Below, in pieces: positions 34,896 through 49,448 of a stretch of 64,000 nucleotides of DNA. Origin of the DNA: the human T2T-CHM13v2.0 reference genome, Homo sapiens; assembly GCF_009914755.1 (NCBI RefSeq), contig NC_060939.1, one strand, 5' to 3'. The first letter of the stretch is position 1. Every line of letters starts with the position of its first letter. The notes below the pieces were generated by a model. That model searched no databases. It had not been told where the DNA came from and saw only the letters and a program-made list of their open reading frames with translations. The translations under genes and the position numbers were made by a program.

Positions 34896-36128
34896 TATGT
34901 GGGGACTGAGGATAGGGAGGATAACATTACAACCTCAGTTTAGGGTAGGATGCTCAAACAGTTTGTAAGAGGTTGAGACGACTCTAAAACACTGTGTCTA
35001 AAATTAAAGGAGGAGGACAGAGTTAGAGAAATCTGCAATTTTTTTCTTTGCAATAAATCATGGATTAAGTCATGGGGGTGCATATGTTGGACAAAGTAAA
35101 TGTTTTCTCATACTGACGAGATCCAAAGGCAGAACCCTGAGGAACACCAGCCTTTACATGGCACCAAGAAAGATAAGGCAAAAGAAAGATTGGTTGAAAA
35201 ATAATGGCGTAAGTGGTTGGAAGAAAGCCAGCAGAGTGTCACAAAAAGCAGTGGAGGCCTTCCAACTTTTGTTCAACCACGTAAAGCACTGAGGTCACAA
35301 GAAAAATCACCACTACAAAATCAGGAGAATCTGGCATATCCCAAGAGATACAGGACTCAAGAGTTGCTTACCTGGAGCAGAAGGCATCAGATGCCAGATG
35401 TGAGCAGGAACACTTAATAACAATTCAGATGATTTCCCAGAAGCTGAGGAGCTCCCTCAGTCTGAGGGGAACTCCTGCATTTTCCCAGGCTTTTCCTCTA
35501 GGATCTCTACCAAGTTTTCACAGGAGGATCTGGGAGAGCTCTCAGCATGACCTGGCAGGGGGTGGGAGGACTAGCCATCCTGAACCCTCCCAAATCCTTC
35601 CACAAACAAATGGCAATTCTGAAACCTTGTTTTTGTTGGGGGAAGAAACCTCTGCCCCATCTAGGCTGCTCCAGCCTTCCTGTCACACCAAAAGGAAAAA
35701 AAAGCCACAGTCAATAGAGGAGAGGGCATAAAGAAAATAGCCTGGGAATGCTCAGCACCTTGGGGGCCACTCCTAAGACATTTCTGAGGGACACATCCCT
35801 GAGTCACAGACCCACTAAAAGACTGACGTGTAATCAGAAGATCAGAGAATACCTTTCTCCCTCACATAATACCGTCAAACCAACAATCCTCCATTAATAA
35901 CAGTGGATTGCAGTTTAAATTGCTGCAAGACACAGAGTCTCTAAGGAGCAGTACAAAGAGAAACCCCAAAGCCAAAAGGAGAGAAAAAGCAAGCCCAGTA
36001 GAATCATTTGAAGGCTCTGCTACTATACCTACATCAAACATGAAACACAGCCCAGCAGATATTCAAATTACACACTAAAGGCATTCATCTCAGTAATTGT
36101 TACTCTATAAAACATGGGCCAATTTCTG

Positions 36129-36430
36129 GGCCAGGTGCAGTGGCTCATGCCTGTAATCCCAGCACTTTGGGAGGCTGAGGCAGGCAAATCACAAGGTCAG
36201 AGATCGAGACCATGGTGAAACATGGTGAAACCCCATCTCTACTAAAAATACAAAAAAATTAGCTGGGCATGGTGGGATGTGCCTGTAGTCCAGCTATTTG
36301 GGAAGCTGAAGCAGGAGAATCGCTTGTACCCCGGGAGGTGGAGGTTGCAGCGAGCCGAGATTGCGCCACTGCACTCCAGCTTGGCAAAAGAGTGAGACTC
36401 CATCTCAAAAAAAAATAATAATAAAAAATA
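36129..36430 (+). mobile_element. AluSc-like
   Basis: Dimer; TSD atgggccaatttct 36114-36127 and 36432-36445. Confidence 0.96.
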
Positions 36431-36892
36431 AATGGGCCAATTTCTATAAATATTAAAAGCCATGCCAATAGGCAAGAATAAACACAGTCTGATGGCACAA
36501 AGTAATTATCAGAACAAGGCTCAGATATGACACAGATGTCAGAATTATCAGACAAGGAATTTAAAATTACTATGACTGCTATAGTTGGGATATGGTTTGT
36601 GCCCACCAAATCTCTTGTTGAAACTTGATCCCAGACATTGGAGGTGTGGCCAGGTGGGAGGTGTTTGGGCCTCAGAAGTGGATCCCTCATGAATAGATTA
36701 GTGCTTTCTTTGATGATGGGTGGGTTGAGTGAGTTCTTTATTAGTTCTCTCAAGAATTGGTTGTTAAATATACTCTGGCCCTCAAAAAAACAAAAATAGA
36801 GCTACCATATGATCCAGCCATCTCATTGCTAGATATGTAGGCTGAAGAGGAGAAATCAATACATCAAAGAGATATCTGTACTCCAGTGTTCA

Positions 36893-37247
<355 letters not shown>

Positions 37248-37581
37248 CTAAGTGTCCATCAACAGATGAATGGATAAAGAAAATGTGGTATATATACATA
37301 ATGGAGTGCTATTCAGTCATAAAAAGATAAAAAGGAATGAGATTCTGTCATTTGCAACAACGTGGAGGAAACTGGAGGTCATCATGTTAAGTGAAATAAG
37401 CCATTCACAGAAAGACAAACTTCACATGTTCTCACTTATTTGTGGGAGCTAAAAATTCAAACGATTGAATTCATGGGGATAGAGTGTAGAAGGATGGTTA
37501 CCAGAGGCTGGAAAGGATAGTGAAGTTGGGGGAAGTGGTCGTGGAGGAAGTGGGGATAGTTAATGGGTATAAAAATACAGT

Positions 37582-37908
<327 letters not shown>

Positions 37909-39466
37909 TTAGTAGCACAATGGGATGACTATAGTCAATAATAATAATTGTATATTTTTAAATAACTAAAAAAGTATAATTCAATTGTTTGTAACACAAA
38001 GGATAAATGCTTCAGGTGGCAGATAGCCCATTTACCCTGATGTGATTATTACACATTGTATGCCTATATCAAAGTATCTCAGGTATCCCATAAGTTATGT
38101 ACCTGCAAAAAATTAAAAATTAAAAAAATAGCCTGGCACCTCTCCCCCCCACACCAGGTGATCTCCAGATAGACCAGTTTCTGTTTGCCTTCCACCATGA
38201 GTGGAAGCAGCCTGAGGCCTCACCAGAAGCAGATGCTGGTGTCATGCTTCTTGTTCAGCCTACAGAACCGTGGGCCAAATAAGCCTCTTTATAAATTACC
38301 CAGCCTCAGCTATTTCTTTATAGCAACACTAAATGAACTAAGGCAAAGACTAATATGGTAAAGGTACTAATGGAAAAAGTAAATAACATAAAAGACCAGA
38401 TAGGAATGGTAGCAGAGAGATGGAAGCTATAGAAATCAAAAAGAAATGCTAGGAATCAAAAGTAATAGAAATGAAGAATAACTTTGACAGGCTCATCTGT
38501 GGACTCAACACAGCTGAAGAAAAAAATCAGTGAACTTTAAGATAGGTCAATAGTTCACAAATGGAAACACACACACACACACAAATACAAATAACAGAAG
38601 AAAAGTTCCCAGCACTGTGGCACAATATGAAAAGGTGTGACATGCACATTTTTGGAGCACCAGAAGGAGCAGAAAGAGAATGGGGCAGAAGAAATCTTTG
38701 AAGAAATTATGACGAAGGAGTTTCAAAATCAATGACAGATACCACATCACAGATTCAGGAAGCTCACAGAATAACAAGCAGAGTATAAAATTAAAAAAAA
38801 AAACTAGAAAACACATATTCAAGCCATAAAGAAATAGACAAAATTTTGAAAGAAGACAAAGGGACAAAACAACCTATCTACAGAGGAATAAGAATACAAA
38901 TAACAGCAGACACCATCCAAGAAAGAAAAGATTGGAGTAAAATATTTAAGAAAATAAAAACCCTGCCAATATAGGATTTGATATCCAATAAATTTTTTAT
39001 CTTATTTTTATTAAAAGTGAAGGAAAAATATTTCTCAGCAAAGAAAATCTGATCCGGTTCATTGACAAGTAGACCTACCATACAACAGATGTTAAAATGT
39101 CTTCAGGCAGAAGGAAAATGACATAGGTCAGAAACTTGTTCTCACAAAAGAGAGAAAGTATCAAAAGAAATAAATGAAAGTAAAATAAATATTTTATTTT
39201 TCTATTCTTAATTGAGCTAGAAGAGAACTGTCTGAGGCAATAATACTAACATATTGAAGTTGACAGCATATAGAATAATGAAATGAATAACTTCGTAAGG
39301 GATAGAAGGGAAATTGGGAATGCTCTGTTATAAGGTACTAGCACTACACATGAAATAATGCTATTTGAAGGTGGACTTAGATTGTTTTAAAATGTATGCT
39401 ATAAACCCTAGAACAATCACTGCAAAAAACTTATAAAGTATAATTGATATATAAAGAAAGGAGGCA

Positions 39467-39910
39467 ATAGAAACTATATTTTATATAGTTTCTATATATA
39501 GTTTCTATATATAGTTTCTATATATAGTTTCTATATATAGTTTCTATATATAGTTTCTATATATAGTTTCTATATATAGTTTCTATATATAGTTTCTATA
39601 TATAGTTTCTATATATAGTTTCTATATATAGTTTCTATATATAGTTTCTATATATAGTTTCTATATATAGTTTCTATATATAGTTTCTATATATAGTTTC
39701 TATATATAGTTTCTATATATAGTTTCTATATATAGTTTCTATATATAGTTTCTATATATAGTTTCTATATATAGTTTCTATATATAGTTTCTATATATAG
39801 TTTCTATATATAGTTTCTATATATAGTTTCTATATATAGTTTCTATATATAGGGTCTATATATATAGTTTCTATATATAGTTTCTAGAAACTATATATAG
39901 AAACTATATA
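39467..39910. repeat. 13-bp AT-rich minisatellite (GTTTCTATATATA)n with inverted terminal units
   Basis: ~28 perfect units 39482-39851, one variant unit, then perfect palindrome 39861-39910. Confidence 0.97.
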
Positions 39911-41792
39911 AAATATGCAATTTAAAACCCTAAAGGCAGAAAAATGGGGAGAAGAAAAAAGAACAATGCGATAGAAAACAATTACTAAGATATCAGGTTT
40001 TAATCCAACTATATTCATTACCACTTTAAACGTTAATGGTCAAAATATACCAGATAAAGGACAGAAATTGTCAGATTGGATATATAAAAAAGACCCAACC
40101 ATATACTGCTTAAGAAAACTCACATTAAATGTAAAACTCAAACGAGTTACAAGTAAGTGAATTGAGGAACATATACTATGCCAACACTAATAAAAGAAAG
40201 CCAGAATAGTTACATTGCTTTAAGACACAGCTGAGAACAATGAAGATTACCAGGCATGAAGAGTGATGTTACATAATCATAAATGAGATCAATTCTCCAA
40301 GAAGACATAAAAATCCTAAAGTGTATGCACCTAAAAACAAGCACCAAAATATATGAGGCAAAAACTTGTACAACTAAAAAGAAAAACAGACAATTTCACA
40401 ATTATATTTGGAGACTTCAGTCACTGATAAATCAAGAAAGCAGAAAATTAGTAAGGATGTAGATGATCTGAACAGTACTATCAATCAACTTGATCTAACT
40501 GATATTTATAGAAACTTCTTTCAACATCAGCAGCATACATATTCTTTACAAGTGCACATAGGACATTCAACAAGATGGACCATACTCTGAGTTTAAAACA
40601 CACCTTAATACATTAAAAACAACAGAAATCATACAAAATACAATCTAATAGCTCAATAGAATTAAACTAGAAATCCACACCAGAAAGATATCTGGAAAAT
40701 TCCCAAATTTTAGGAAGTTAAACAATCTATGAGTCAAAGGGGTATGAAGAGAAATTTAAAAAAATATTTTAAACTAAATGAAAATGAAAATGTGGCTTAT
40801 CAAAATTGATAAAATGCAGCTTAGACCATGATTAGAAGGGACTTGTAGCATTAAGTGCATATATTAGAAAATAAGAGAGATCTAAAATAAATAATCCAAG
40901 CTTCTACCTTAGTAATAAGAGACAAAAAAGATCAAATTAAACCTAAAACAAGCAGAAGGAACTAAATAATAAATATTAGAGTTAAAAATCAATAAACTTG
41001 AAAACAAAAGGAATCAAGAAATTCCATGAAACCAAAAGATGGTTGTTTGAAAAGATCAATAAAATTGACAGTTCTTTACCCAGACTAATCAAGAAGTAAA
41101 ATACAGAAGGCATGAATTACCAATTACTACTGATTCCAATTATTAAAAGAATAATAATTAAAATAATAATAAAAGCTATTAACAACTCTCATCCCATAAT
41201 GACAATTTAGATAAAAGGACCACTTCCCTAAAGATGCAAACTACCAGACTCACATGGAAATAGATAACCTGAGTAGCCCACATCTCTTGATGAATTGAAT
41301 AACCAACACAATGTTTAAAGAAAGGAAGAAAGTTGGAGGATTCACATTACTCGATTTCAATACTTACTGTAAAGCCACAGTACTAAAGACAGCAGGGTAT
41401 TGGTTATAAAAATAGACACAATTATCAATGGAACATAACAGGGACCCTGTGCAAACAGACCCACATAAATACAGTTGGCTGATTTTTTTAGAAAGGTGCT
41501 AGAGCACTTCAATGGAAAGGACAGCGTTTTCAACAAATGGTGTTGGGGCAATCGAATATCCATACACAAAAATATGAGCCCTGACATAGACCCTATACCT
41601 TACAGAAAAATCACCCAAAATGGATTATAGACCTAAATTAAAATGCAAAGCTGTGAAATTTATAGAAGAAAATGCAGGAGAAAATCAGTATGACCTTGTG
41701 TTTGGTGACAAGTTTTTAGATAAGACAACAAATGCATAACCCATGAAAGAAAAAATTGATCAATTAGACTTTACTAAAATTAAAAACTTTTC

Positions 41793-42450
41793 CAGGTTGT
41801 GGAGAAAAGGGAAGGCTTATACACTGTTTATGGGAGTGTAAATTAGTTCAGCCATTGTGGAAAGCAGTAGGGTGATTCCTCAAAGAGCTAAAAACAGGAC
41901 TACCATTCAACCCAGCCTTCCCGTTACTAGATACATACCCAAAGAGATATAAATCCTTCTGTCATAAAGACACATGCACACAAATGTTCATTGCAGCGCT
42001 ATTCACAATAGCAAAAACATGGAATCAGCCTAAATGCCCATCAATGATAGATTGGATAAAGAAAATTTGGTACATATACACCATATAATACTATGCCGTC
42101 ATAAAAAAGAACAAGATCATATATTTTGCAGGAACATGGATGGAGCTGGAGGTCATTATTCTCAGCAAACTAAGGCAGGAACAGAAAAGCAAATACCACA
42201 TGTTCTCACTTATAAGTGGGAGCTAAATGATGAGAACACATGGACACAAGAGAACACAGACACTGGGGTCTAGTGGTGAGGGTGGAGGATGGGAAGAGGG
42301 AAAGGAGCGGAAAAAAATAACTAATGAGTACTAGGCTTAGTACCTGGGTGACGAAATAATCTGTATAACAAACCCCCATGACACAAATTTACCTATATAA
42401 CAAACCTGCACATGTACCCCGAACCTAAAAGTTAAAAAAAAAAGAAAAAA
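41793..42450 (+). mobile_element. L1PA (older primate, about PA11-15) 3' end
   Basis: gttgtggagaaaaggg..cacatgcacacaaatgttcattgcagc..aacccccatgacac..aacctgcacatgtacccc plus A tail; approximate TSD aaaaacttttcca / aaaaagtttcca. Confidence 0.93.
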
Positions 42451-42624
42451 GTTTCCACTGCCAAAGATACTGTTAAGAGAATAAGAAGACAAGGCACACA
42501 CTAGGAGAATGTGTTTGCTAATCACATATCTGACAAAGGTCTTGTATCCAGAATAAACAAAATATCCTCAAAATTCAACAATAAGAAAACAATTGAATTA
42601 AAAATGAGCCAAAGTCTAAATTAT

Positions 42625-43860
42625 GATGTGTTTTTATGTTGATTTCATTGGATTTATCCTATTTGGGATTCTCTAAGCTTCTTGAGTTTCTAGGTTTATG
42701 TCTTTTACCAATTTGGGGAGTTTTCAGCTATTATTTCTTTAAATATTCTTTCAGTTCCACTCTCATTCTTTTCTTCTGCAATTCCAATGATACAAATGCT
42801 GGAATTTTTGTTATTATCCCACAAGCCCAAAGGCTCTACACTTTTTTTCCCCAGTCTTTCTTTCTTTTGTTCAGATTGAGTGAATCTTTTGATCTTTTTT
42901 CAAATACACTGATGTTACCCTCTGTCATCTCCAGTCTACTTTTAAGCACATCTGCCAGCATTAAAAAAATTATTAAATTCTTCAGTTCTATAATTTCCAC
43001 TTGGTTCTTTTTTATAACTTCTATTTCTCTGCTGACAAATTCTTATTTTTAAAATTTGCCTCAAGATAATTTTGTAATTGCTTATTGAAGCATTTTATGT
43101 TGGCTACTTTAAATTCCTTGCCAGATAATTCCAGCTTCTAAGTCATCTTGTTGCTGATATCAGCTGATTGTCTTCTTATTCCGGTTGTGACTTTCCTGGC
43201 TTTTGGCAAGACAAGTGATCTTCAGTTGTGTCCTGGCATTTGAGATATTATATTTTGAGACCGTAGATGCTATCTTAGCTTCTTCATTGGCAGGCAGCCT
43301 CACTGTTCAGTACAGAGGTCGTGGCCTATTTTTGTGGGCCGTGGTTCCAGTGAAAGTAACATTTTCAAAGCCTTTCCAGTGCTATTCCGGTTGGCTTGGT
43401 TTATGGGGTGCTGCTGTGGTTCCCATGGGATTCCCTGGTGCTTTCTGAAGTCACAGAGAGCCCTCCCCAGGCAGGACTTCCCAGAGAAGAAGGGAGTCTC
43501 TGGCCTGAGGGAAGAAATGACTTCTCAGCCCACTTGCTCCAGTGGGATTCCCATTGCAGTGCTGCTCACCCCCAGTGGTCTCTGTGGGAGGGAGTGGAGT
43601 CTCAGGCCAGGAGACAGAGGCTTTCCAGAGGCTCTCTTGGGTGATTGTTGTGGCTGAAATTTCTGGGCCAGCACTTCCTGGCCACCTGGTGTCTCTCCAT
43701 GGGGGAGGGAAGTCTTAATTCTGCCACTGGAGGCAAGGCTTGCTGGGCTGGGCACTTGTGGCAGGATCCCCTTCCCAGGACTTCCTGGCCATCTGCTCAG
43801 TGTCTGCCAGTGGGGAAGGGCATGTCTGAGAAGGCGTGACCCCTGGCTCCTTTTTGTTAG
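42625..43860 (-). mobile_element. Old L1M ORF1/5' region
   Basis: tttggggagttttcagctattatttctttaaatatt; ttctataatttccacttggttctttttta. Confidence 0.7.
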
Positions 43861-43869
43861 CAGGGCTCT

Positions 43870-44260
43870 TTACAATTGCACCATTCTTACTGACTCTTTG
43901 TATATCGTATACACAATAAAGTGTTCAAAATAAAGGTAGCCATTGCACTAACATTGTACTAATTATCACAAAGTCAACACCTGTGGGAATATTTCCCAGG
44001 TCATGGAATAGAATATTGCCACCAACCTGGAAACCACCAGTGTTTACTACCAATTACTCCTCCACCCCCACACCGGCCCCTCACCTATTTCTCCTAAAAG
44101 TTAACTGCTATCCTGATTTTCTGGTAATTACTTTCTTGTTCTTTTTTGTTTTACTGCCTAAGTGTGTATCCCTAAACACTTTATTTAATTCTGCCTGTGT
44201 TTCGAACTTCATATACTCTCTTTTTTTAATGAGGTTTTGTTCAACATTGTGTTAGTATGC
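43870..44260 (-). mobile_element. L1ME 3' fragment
   Basis: cacaaagtcaacacctgtg..tagaatattgcc..aactgctatcctgatttt. Confidence 0.6.
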
Positions 44261-45299
44261 GTATGGATGTTATATATTTTCAGAGGGGATATATACATAT
44301 TATATACATACACATAAACACACTATATATACATATATGAGTGTGTGCATGTGTTTAGAGAAAGGTGTGAAAGGATTCATATCATATTGATGATAGTGAT
44401 ACCTCTAAAAATGGAACTAGAAGTGTCAAAAGCTTTGGATGAACTTCAACAGCTATGCTTTATCAGTTTTTTTACTGAATGAACTGCTTTACAATTCCCA
44501 GAAAGATAGTAGAACTAAATTTTAAGCTCTTTAATTCTCTTTGAGAATGTGTCGAGTCTTTGACTTCAGTTACACACCATATCAATGCTTTAAAAGCCAT
44601 ATGAAACCTCAGCACATTGAAGTAAGAGTAAGCTTGTTACTAGCTCTGTACAAATGGAACATTCTACATTTTAGTAAGGGTTTTGAACTCTTTTCTCAAG
44701 TGCATACAGGTGCCAGAGAGAGAACTCACATTAGGGAAGCGTCAGAAGAACTGGAAAAGAAGAATGACACACACGAGCTGGCATCTAGCCTTATGTTAGG
44801 GATGCAGTAGTGAGTAGTGGGCTCTCCAGCAAAGGAGAAAGCCCCTGACCATTTGAAGGGGCAGCAGCTACTCAGCTGAGCCAACTTTGCCTTAAAGAAT
44901 GTGGACCAATTGTTGCCTGAATCGGATTCTTCTTTCTCCTGATATTTTAGCTGCCAAAGAGTCTTGGTACTGGCTTGGACCCAGCATTGCTTGCCCCCCA
45001 CACTGCTTACTGTTGCTGTTGGTTCCATGGTTAGGTTAGTTCCTGTAAATTCATTTCCTATCTTCCTCTTATACGTATTTCTCCAGTAGCGAGGTCTTCT
45101 CACGCCCCACAGCTAAGCCTAGTAAAATCCCACATGTAGGAGGGTTTACAAGATTTCTTTCTTTCCTCTTAAAACCTCCGTTGTACAGTAAAAGTGGGAT
45201 AAACTGCCCTGTCCAGGTGCTAATCTCAGGGCTGGAAGTACAAAGATGAAAAGAGTACCCTTTAAACATCTCATAGTTAACAGTCCTTTTGACGAAGTT

Positions 45300-45855
45300 T
45301 CCCCAGTCATGCTTTGGCCGGATGAACTTGGCTCCTTGGAGAGGGGTTCATGAGTTCAGTATTCTCTGAGCGCCTACCTATTTAAAACCTTTCTTCTATA
45401 GCCTTACTGTTTAAAAGACAGCTTGACTGGATATAAATCCTTTGTTCACACTTTATTTTCTGGGGTGTCTTAAAAATGCTTCACCTTTATTGCCTTGAGT
45501 TGTGTGTTGCTTTTGGAACGTCTGGCGCCTGCCCCTTCTGTCTTTGTAGGTTATTTGGTCTTTTTCCTGGAGGCCCTGAGATTTCTTTTTTTCTTCATTT
45601 TAAAGTCTGAACATTTTAAGATATGTCTTACAGTTAATCGTTCTGGGTTAGTTTGTCCATGTACCTTGAAGCTTTTTTCAGTATGTTGACTCCAGTCTTC
45701 TTTCTAAAAATGACCTTGGATTATAGTTTTAAATACTGGTTCTATTCTATCTTTTTGTTTTTGATATTCAGGGATTGCAATTATAAGAAGGCAGGATCTC
45801 CTGTACCCATTTTCTATTTCAACTCTTTTGTCTCTGATACTTTTTATTCCCCCTT
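45300..45855 (-). mobile_element. Ancient L1/HAL1-like fragment
   Basis: cagcttgactggatataaa; T-rich antisense ORF1-like sequence. Confidence 0.5.
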
Positions 45856-45859
45856 ATTT

Positions 45860-48800
45860 TCTGAAATTGAAAATTGACAAATTATGGTTGTATATATTTA
45901 TGAGGTACAAAGTGATGTTATGACTCATGACTACAATGTGGAATAATTAAATTAATCTAATTAACATATCTATCACCTCAAATACTTATCATTGTTTGCA
46001 GTAAGAACTTTTGAAATGTATTCTCTTAGCAATTTTGTAATATAGGATACACTGTTAACTACATTTATCACACTACACAATAAATCTCAACAAAAACCAG
46101 TTATTTCTCTTTTCTAACTGAAGTTTTGTACTCTTTGACCAATATCTCCCTATTCCTCCTACCCCACCCTCAGGTGACAACCATTCTACTCTCTGCTTTT
46201 GTGAGGTTGATTGTTTTAGACTCCATGTGTAAGTGAAAGCATTGGGTATTTGTCTTTCTGTGCCTGGCTTATTTCACTTAGCATAATGTTCTCCAATTCC
46301 ATCTATGTTACTGCAAATGACATAATTTATTTCTTTTCTAAGGGTGAATAGTATTCCATTATGTATATACACCACATTGTTTTTATCCATTCACCTGGGG
46401 ATGGACAGAGGTTGATTCCATAACTTAGCTATTCTGAATAATGCTACAATGAAAATGGGAATGCAGAAATACCTTCAACATACTGATTTCAAATCTTCTG
46501 GTTAAACACCCAAAAGTGGGATTGCTGGATCATATAGGAGTTCTAGTTTTATTTTTTTGAGGAAACTCCCTACTGTTTTCAGTAATGGCTATACTAATTT
46601 ATATTCTATCAACAGTGTCCAAGAGCTCCCTCTTCCCCACATGGTTGTCAACATTCCTTATCTTTTGTCTTTTGGATAATAGCCATTCCGACAAGTGTAA
46701 GGAAATATCTCATTGTGGTTTTAATTTGCATTCCCTTAATTATTAATGATGTTGAGCATTCTTCATGGATCTGTTGGCCATTTAGATGTCTTCTTTTGAG
46801 AAACGTCTTTTCAGATCACTTGCCCACTTTTTAAATTGGGTTTTCTTTATTTCTATACAGTTGTTTGCATTGTTTATATGTTTGGATTTTTTATTAGATG
46901 TATGGCTTGCAAATATTTTCTTCTAATTCATAGATGATCTCTTCATTCTGTTTTTTTTGTTGTTATTGTACAGAATCTTTTTGTTTTGATGTAACTTCAT
47001 TTGTCTATTTTTTGCTTTTGCTACCTGTACTTTTGAGGTCAAATCTAAAAACTCATTGCCCAGACCAATGTTATATAGCTTTTTCCTTATGTTTTCTTCT
47101 AGTAGTTTTATAGTTTCAGGTATTTATGTTAAGTCTTTAATCCATTTTGAGTTATTCAAATATAGGGTATGAGATAAGGATCCAATTTCATTCTTCTGCA
47201 TATAGATATGCAGTTTTCCCCAATACCATTTATTGAACAGACTATTCTTTTTCTATCATACATTCTTGGCACCTTTGTTGAAAATCAATTGACTTCACAA
47301 GTGTGGGTCCATTTCTGGGCTCTCTATTCTGTTCCATTGCCTGATGTGTCTATTTTTATGCCAGTATCATGTTCTTTCAATTATAATCACTCTGTAGTAC
47401 AATTTTAAATAAGGTAGTATGATACCTCCAGCTTTGTTCTTTTTGCTCAAGATTGTCTTGGCTAGTCAGGGGTTTTTGCTGTTCCATATGGATTATAAGA
47501 TTTTTTTTATTTCTATGAAAAGTTATATTGGAATTTTCATGGAGATTGCATTAACTGTAGATTACTTTGGATACTACAGACAATTTACCAATATTAATTC
47601 TTCCAATACATGAACATGGAGTACTTTCCATTTATTTGTGTCTTCTTCAATTTCTTCAATAACTGTTTTATACTTTTCACTGTACTGGTCTTTCACCTTC
47701 TTGGTTAAATTTATTCATAACTATTTTATTTTATTTTATTTTATTTGCAGCTGTTATAAATGGGATTGTTCTCTTTATTATCTTTTCAGATCGTTTGTCT
47801 TTATTATATAGAAACATTACTGATTTTTGTGTGTTGAATTTATATTCTGCAACTTTATTGTATTTTTTTATTAGTTCTAACAGTTTTTTGGGGGAATCTT
47901 CAGGGGTCTCTAAATAAAAGATTATGTGTCAGCAGTGACAGTTTCACTTCTTCCTTTCCTATTTGGATGCCTTTTATTTCTTTTTCTCGCCTAATTGCTC
48001 TGCCAAAAACTTCTAATACTATGTTGAATAAAAGTCATGAAAGTAGGCATCCTCTTGTTCTGTATCTTAGATTAAAGGGTACCAACTTTTTACCATTGAA
48101 TATAATGTCAGCTGTTGGCTTATCATATATGGCCTTTATTATGTTGAAGCACATTCCTTCTGCTCCTAATTTGAGAGTACTTATCCTGAAAGGATGTTGA
48201 TTTTTGTCAAATGCTTCTTCTGTATCTAATGAGATGACCATATGATTTTTGTCCTGGATTTATTAATATGTTGTATTATGCTTATTGATTTGCATATGTT
48301 GAACCATCCTTGCATCCTTAGGATGGACCCACTTGATCACGGTGAATGATCTTTTTAATGTGTTGTTGAATTCAGTTTGCTGGCATTTTGTTGTTGAGGA
48401 TTTTTGCATCTACGTTCATCAAGGATATTGGCCTATAATTTTCTTTTTTTGTAATGCTCTTTTCTGGCTTTGATATCAGGGTAATGCTGGTCTTGTAAAA
48501 AGAGTTTGAAATTATTCCGTCTTTGATTTTTTGGAAGAGTTTGAGAAAGATTGGTATTAGTTCTTCCTTAAATGTTTGGTAGAATTCAGCAGTAAACTCA
48601 TCAGATCTGGGGCTTTTTTTTTTTATTGGAGACTTTTTATTATTGATTCAATCTTTTTACTCATTATTGTTCTGTTCAGATTTTCTGTTTCTTTATGGTA
48701 CAGTCTTGGTAGTTGTATGCATTCAGAAATGTATTTCTTTCTTCTATGTTATCTGTTTTTTGGCATGTAATTCTTCTTAGTCATTTCTTATGATCCTTTG

Positions 48801-48888
48801 TATTTCTGTGGTATCAGTTATATTGTCTTCTCTTTTATTTCTGATTTCATTTATTTATTGTCTTCTCTCTTCTTAGTCTAGCTATATG
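45860..48888 (-). mobile_element. L1MA (MA8/9-like), 5'-truncated
   Basis: gtatatatttatgaggtacaa..atctatcacctcaaatactt; tctttctgtgcctggcttatttcacttagc; continuous antisense ORF2. Confidence 0.95.
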
Positions 48889-48891
48889 TTT

Positions 48892-49448
48892 GTTACAGTT
48901 TAATAAAGCAAAATTGTAGTTTAAAATTAACACAGGGAAACGATGCATGGGGAAAAGTCCAAGAGAAATCGAGTGCAAGCTTCCAGGTGTCCTTTCCAGT
49001 AAAGGCATGCTGATGCAGCTAACTATTCCAGCAATGATGGCTGACAACAGGTACAAAGTGTACCGATCAGGGAACTTCACCTGAGCCTTGAGTCCAGGGT
49101 TGTTATTGGAGGTTAGTTATGTAGCCATGCAGCAACTGCATTACATACCTCTGCTACCCAGACTCCAGCCCCCCAGAGCAAAAACAGGCAATCGCCATAA
49201 GCCACAGTTATTAGCATAAAATACCTGATCAAACTTACACAGTGTGGCACAAGGCCTCAGGCATACCAAATCACTCTTATCAGGCCGAATATTCCTAGGG
49301 CTCAGAGCTCATCTCCAAGGATGTAGCCAAGGGCCAGTTCTTAAAACAGGGTTTTTTTTTTTTTTTTTTTTTTTGGAGAGGGGTGGTGCGGTGGGAATGT
49401 GCAAGGTTTGAACAACCTAGGTCTGTTGAATTAACTCTTGCCTGCATA
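48892..49448 (-). mobile_element. MER21-type LTR, partial
   Basis: gcaagcttccaggtgtcc..cacctgagccttg..cagactccagcccccc..ttagcataaa..gggaatgtgcaaggtttg..ttaactcttgcctgca. Confidence 0.8.

Larger units (their letters stand above)
33748..35200 (-). mobile_element. Fragmented L2, host of two Alus and the tRNA fragment
   Basis: ccattcattctacaaatatttactgagca; gagctgaatcttga; further purine-rich L2-like segments. Confidence 0.6.

Noticed and set aside
36259-36753. 164-aa ORF and other Alu-containing ORFs
   Set aside because: Chimeric reads through MST, L1 and antisense Alu sequence
39482-39885. CRISPR-like array
   Set aside because: Contiguous identical units with no spacers, in a mammalian context
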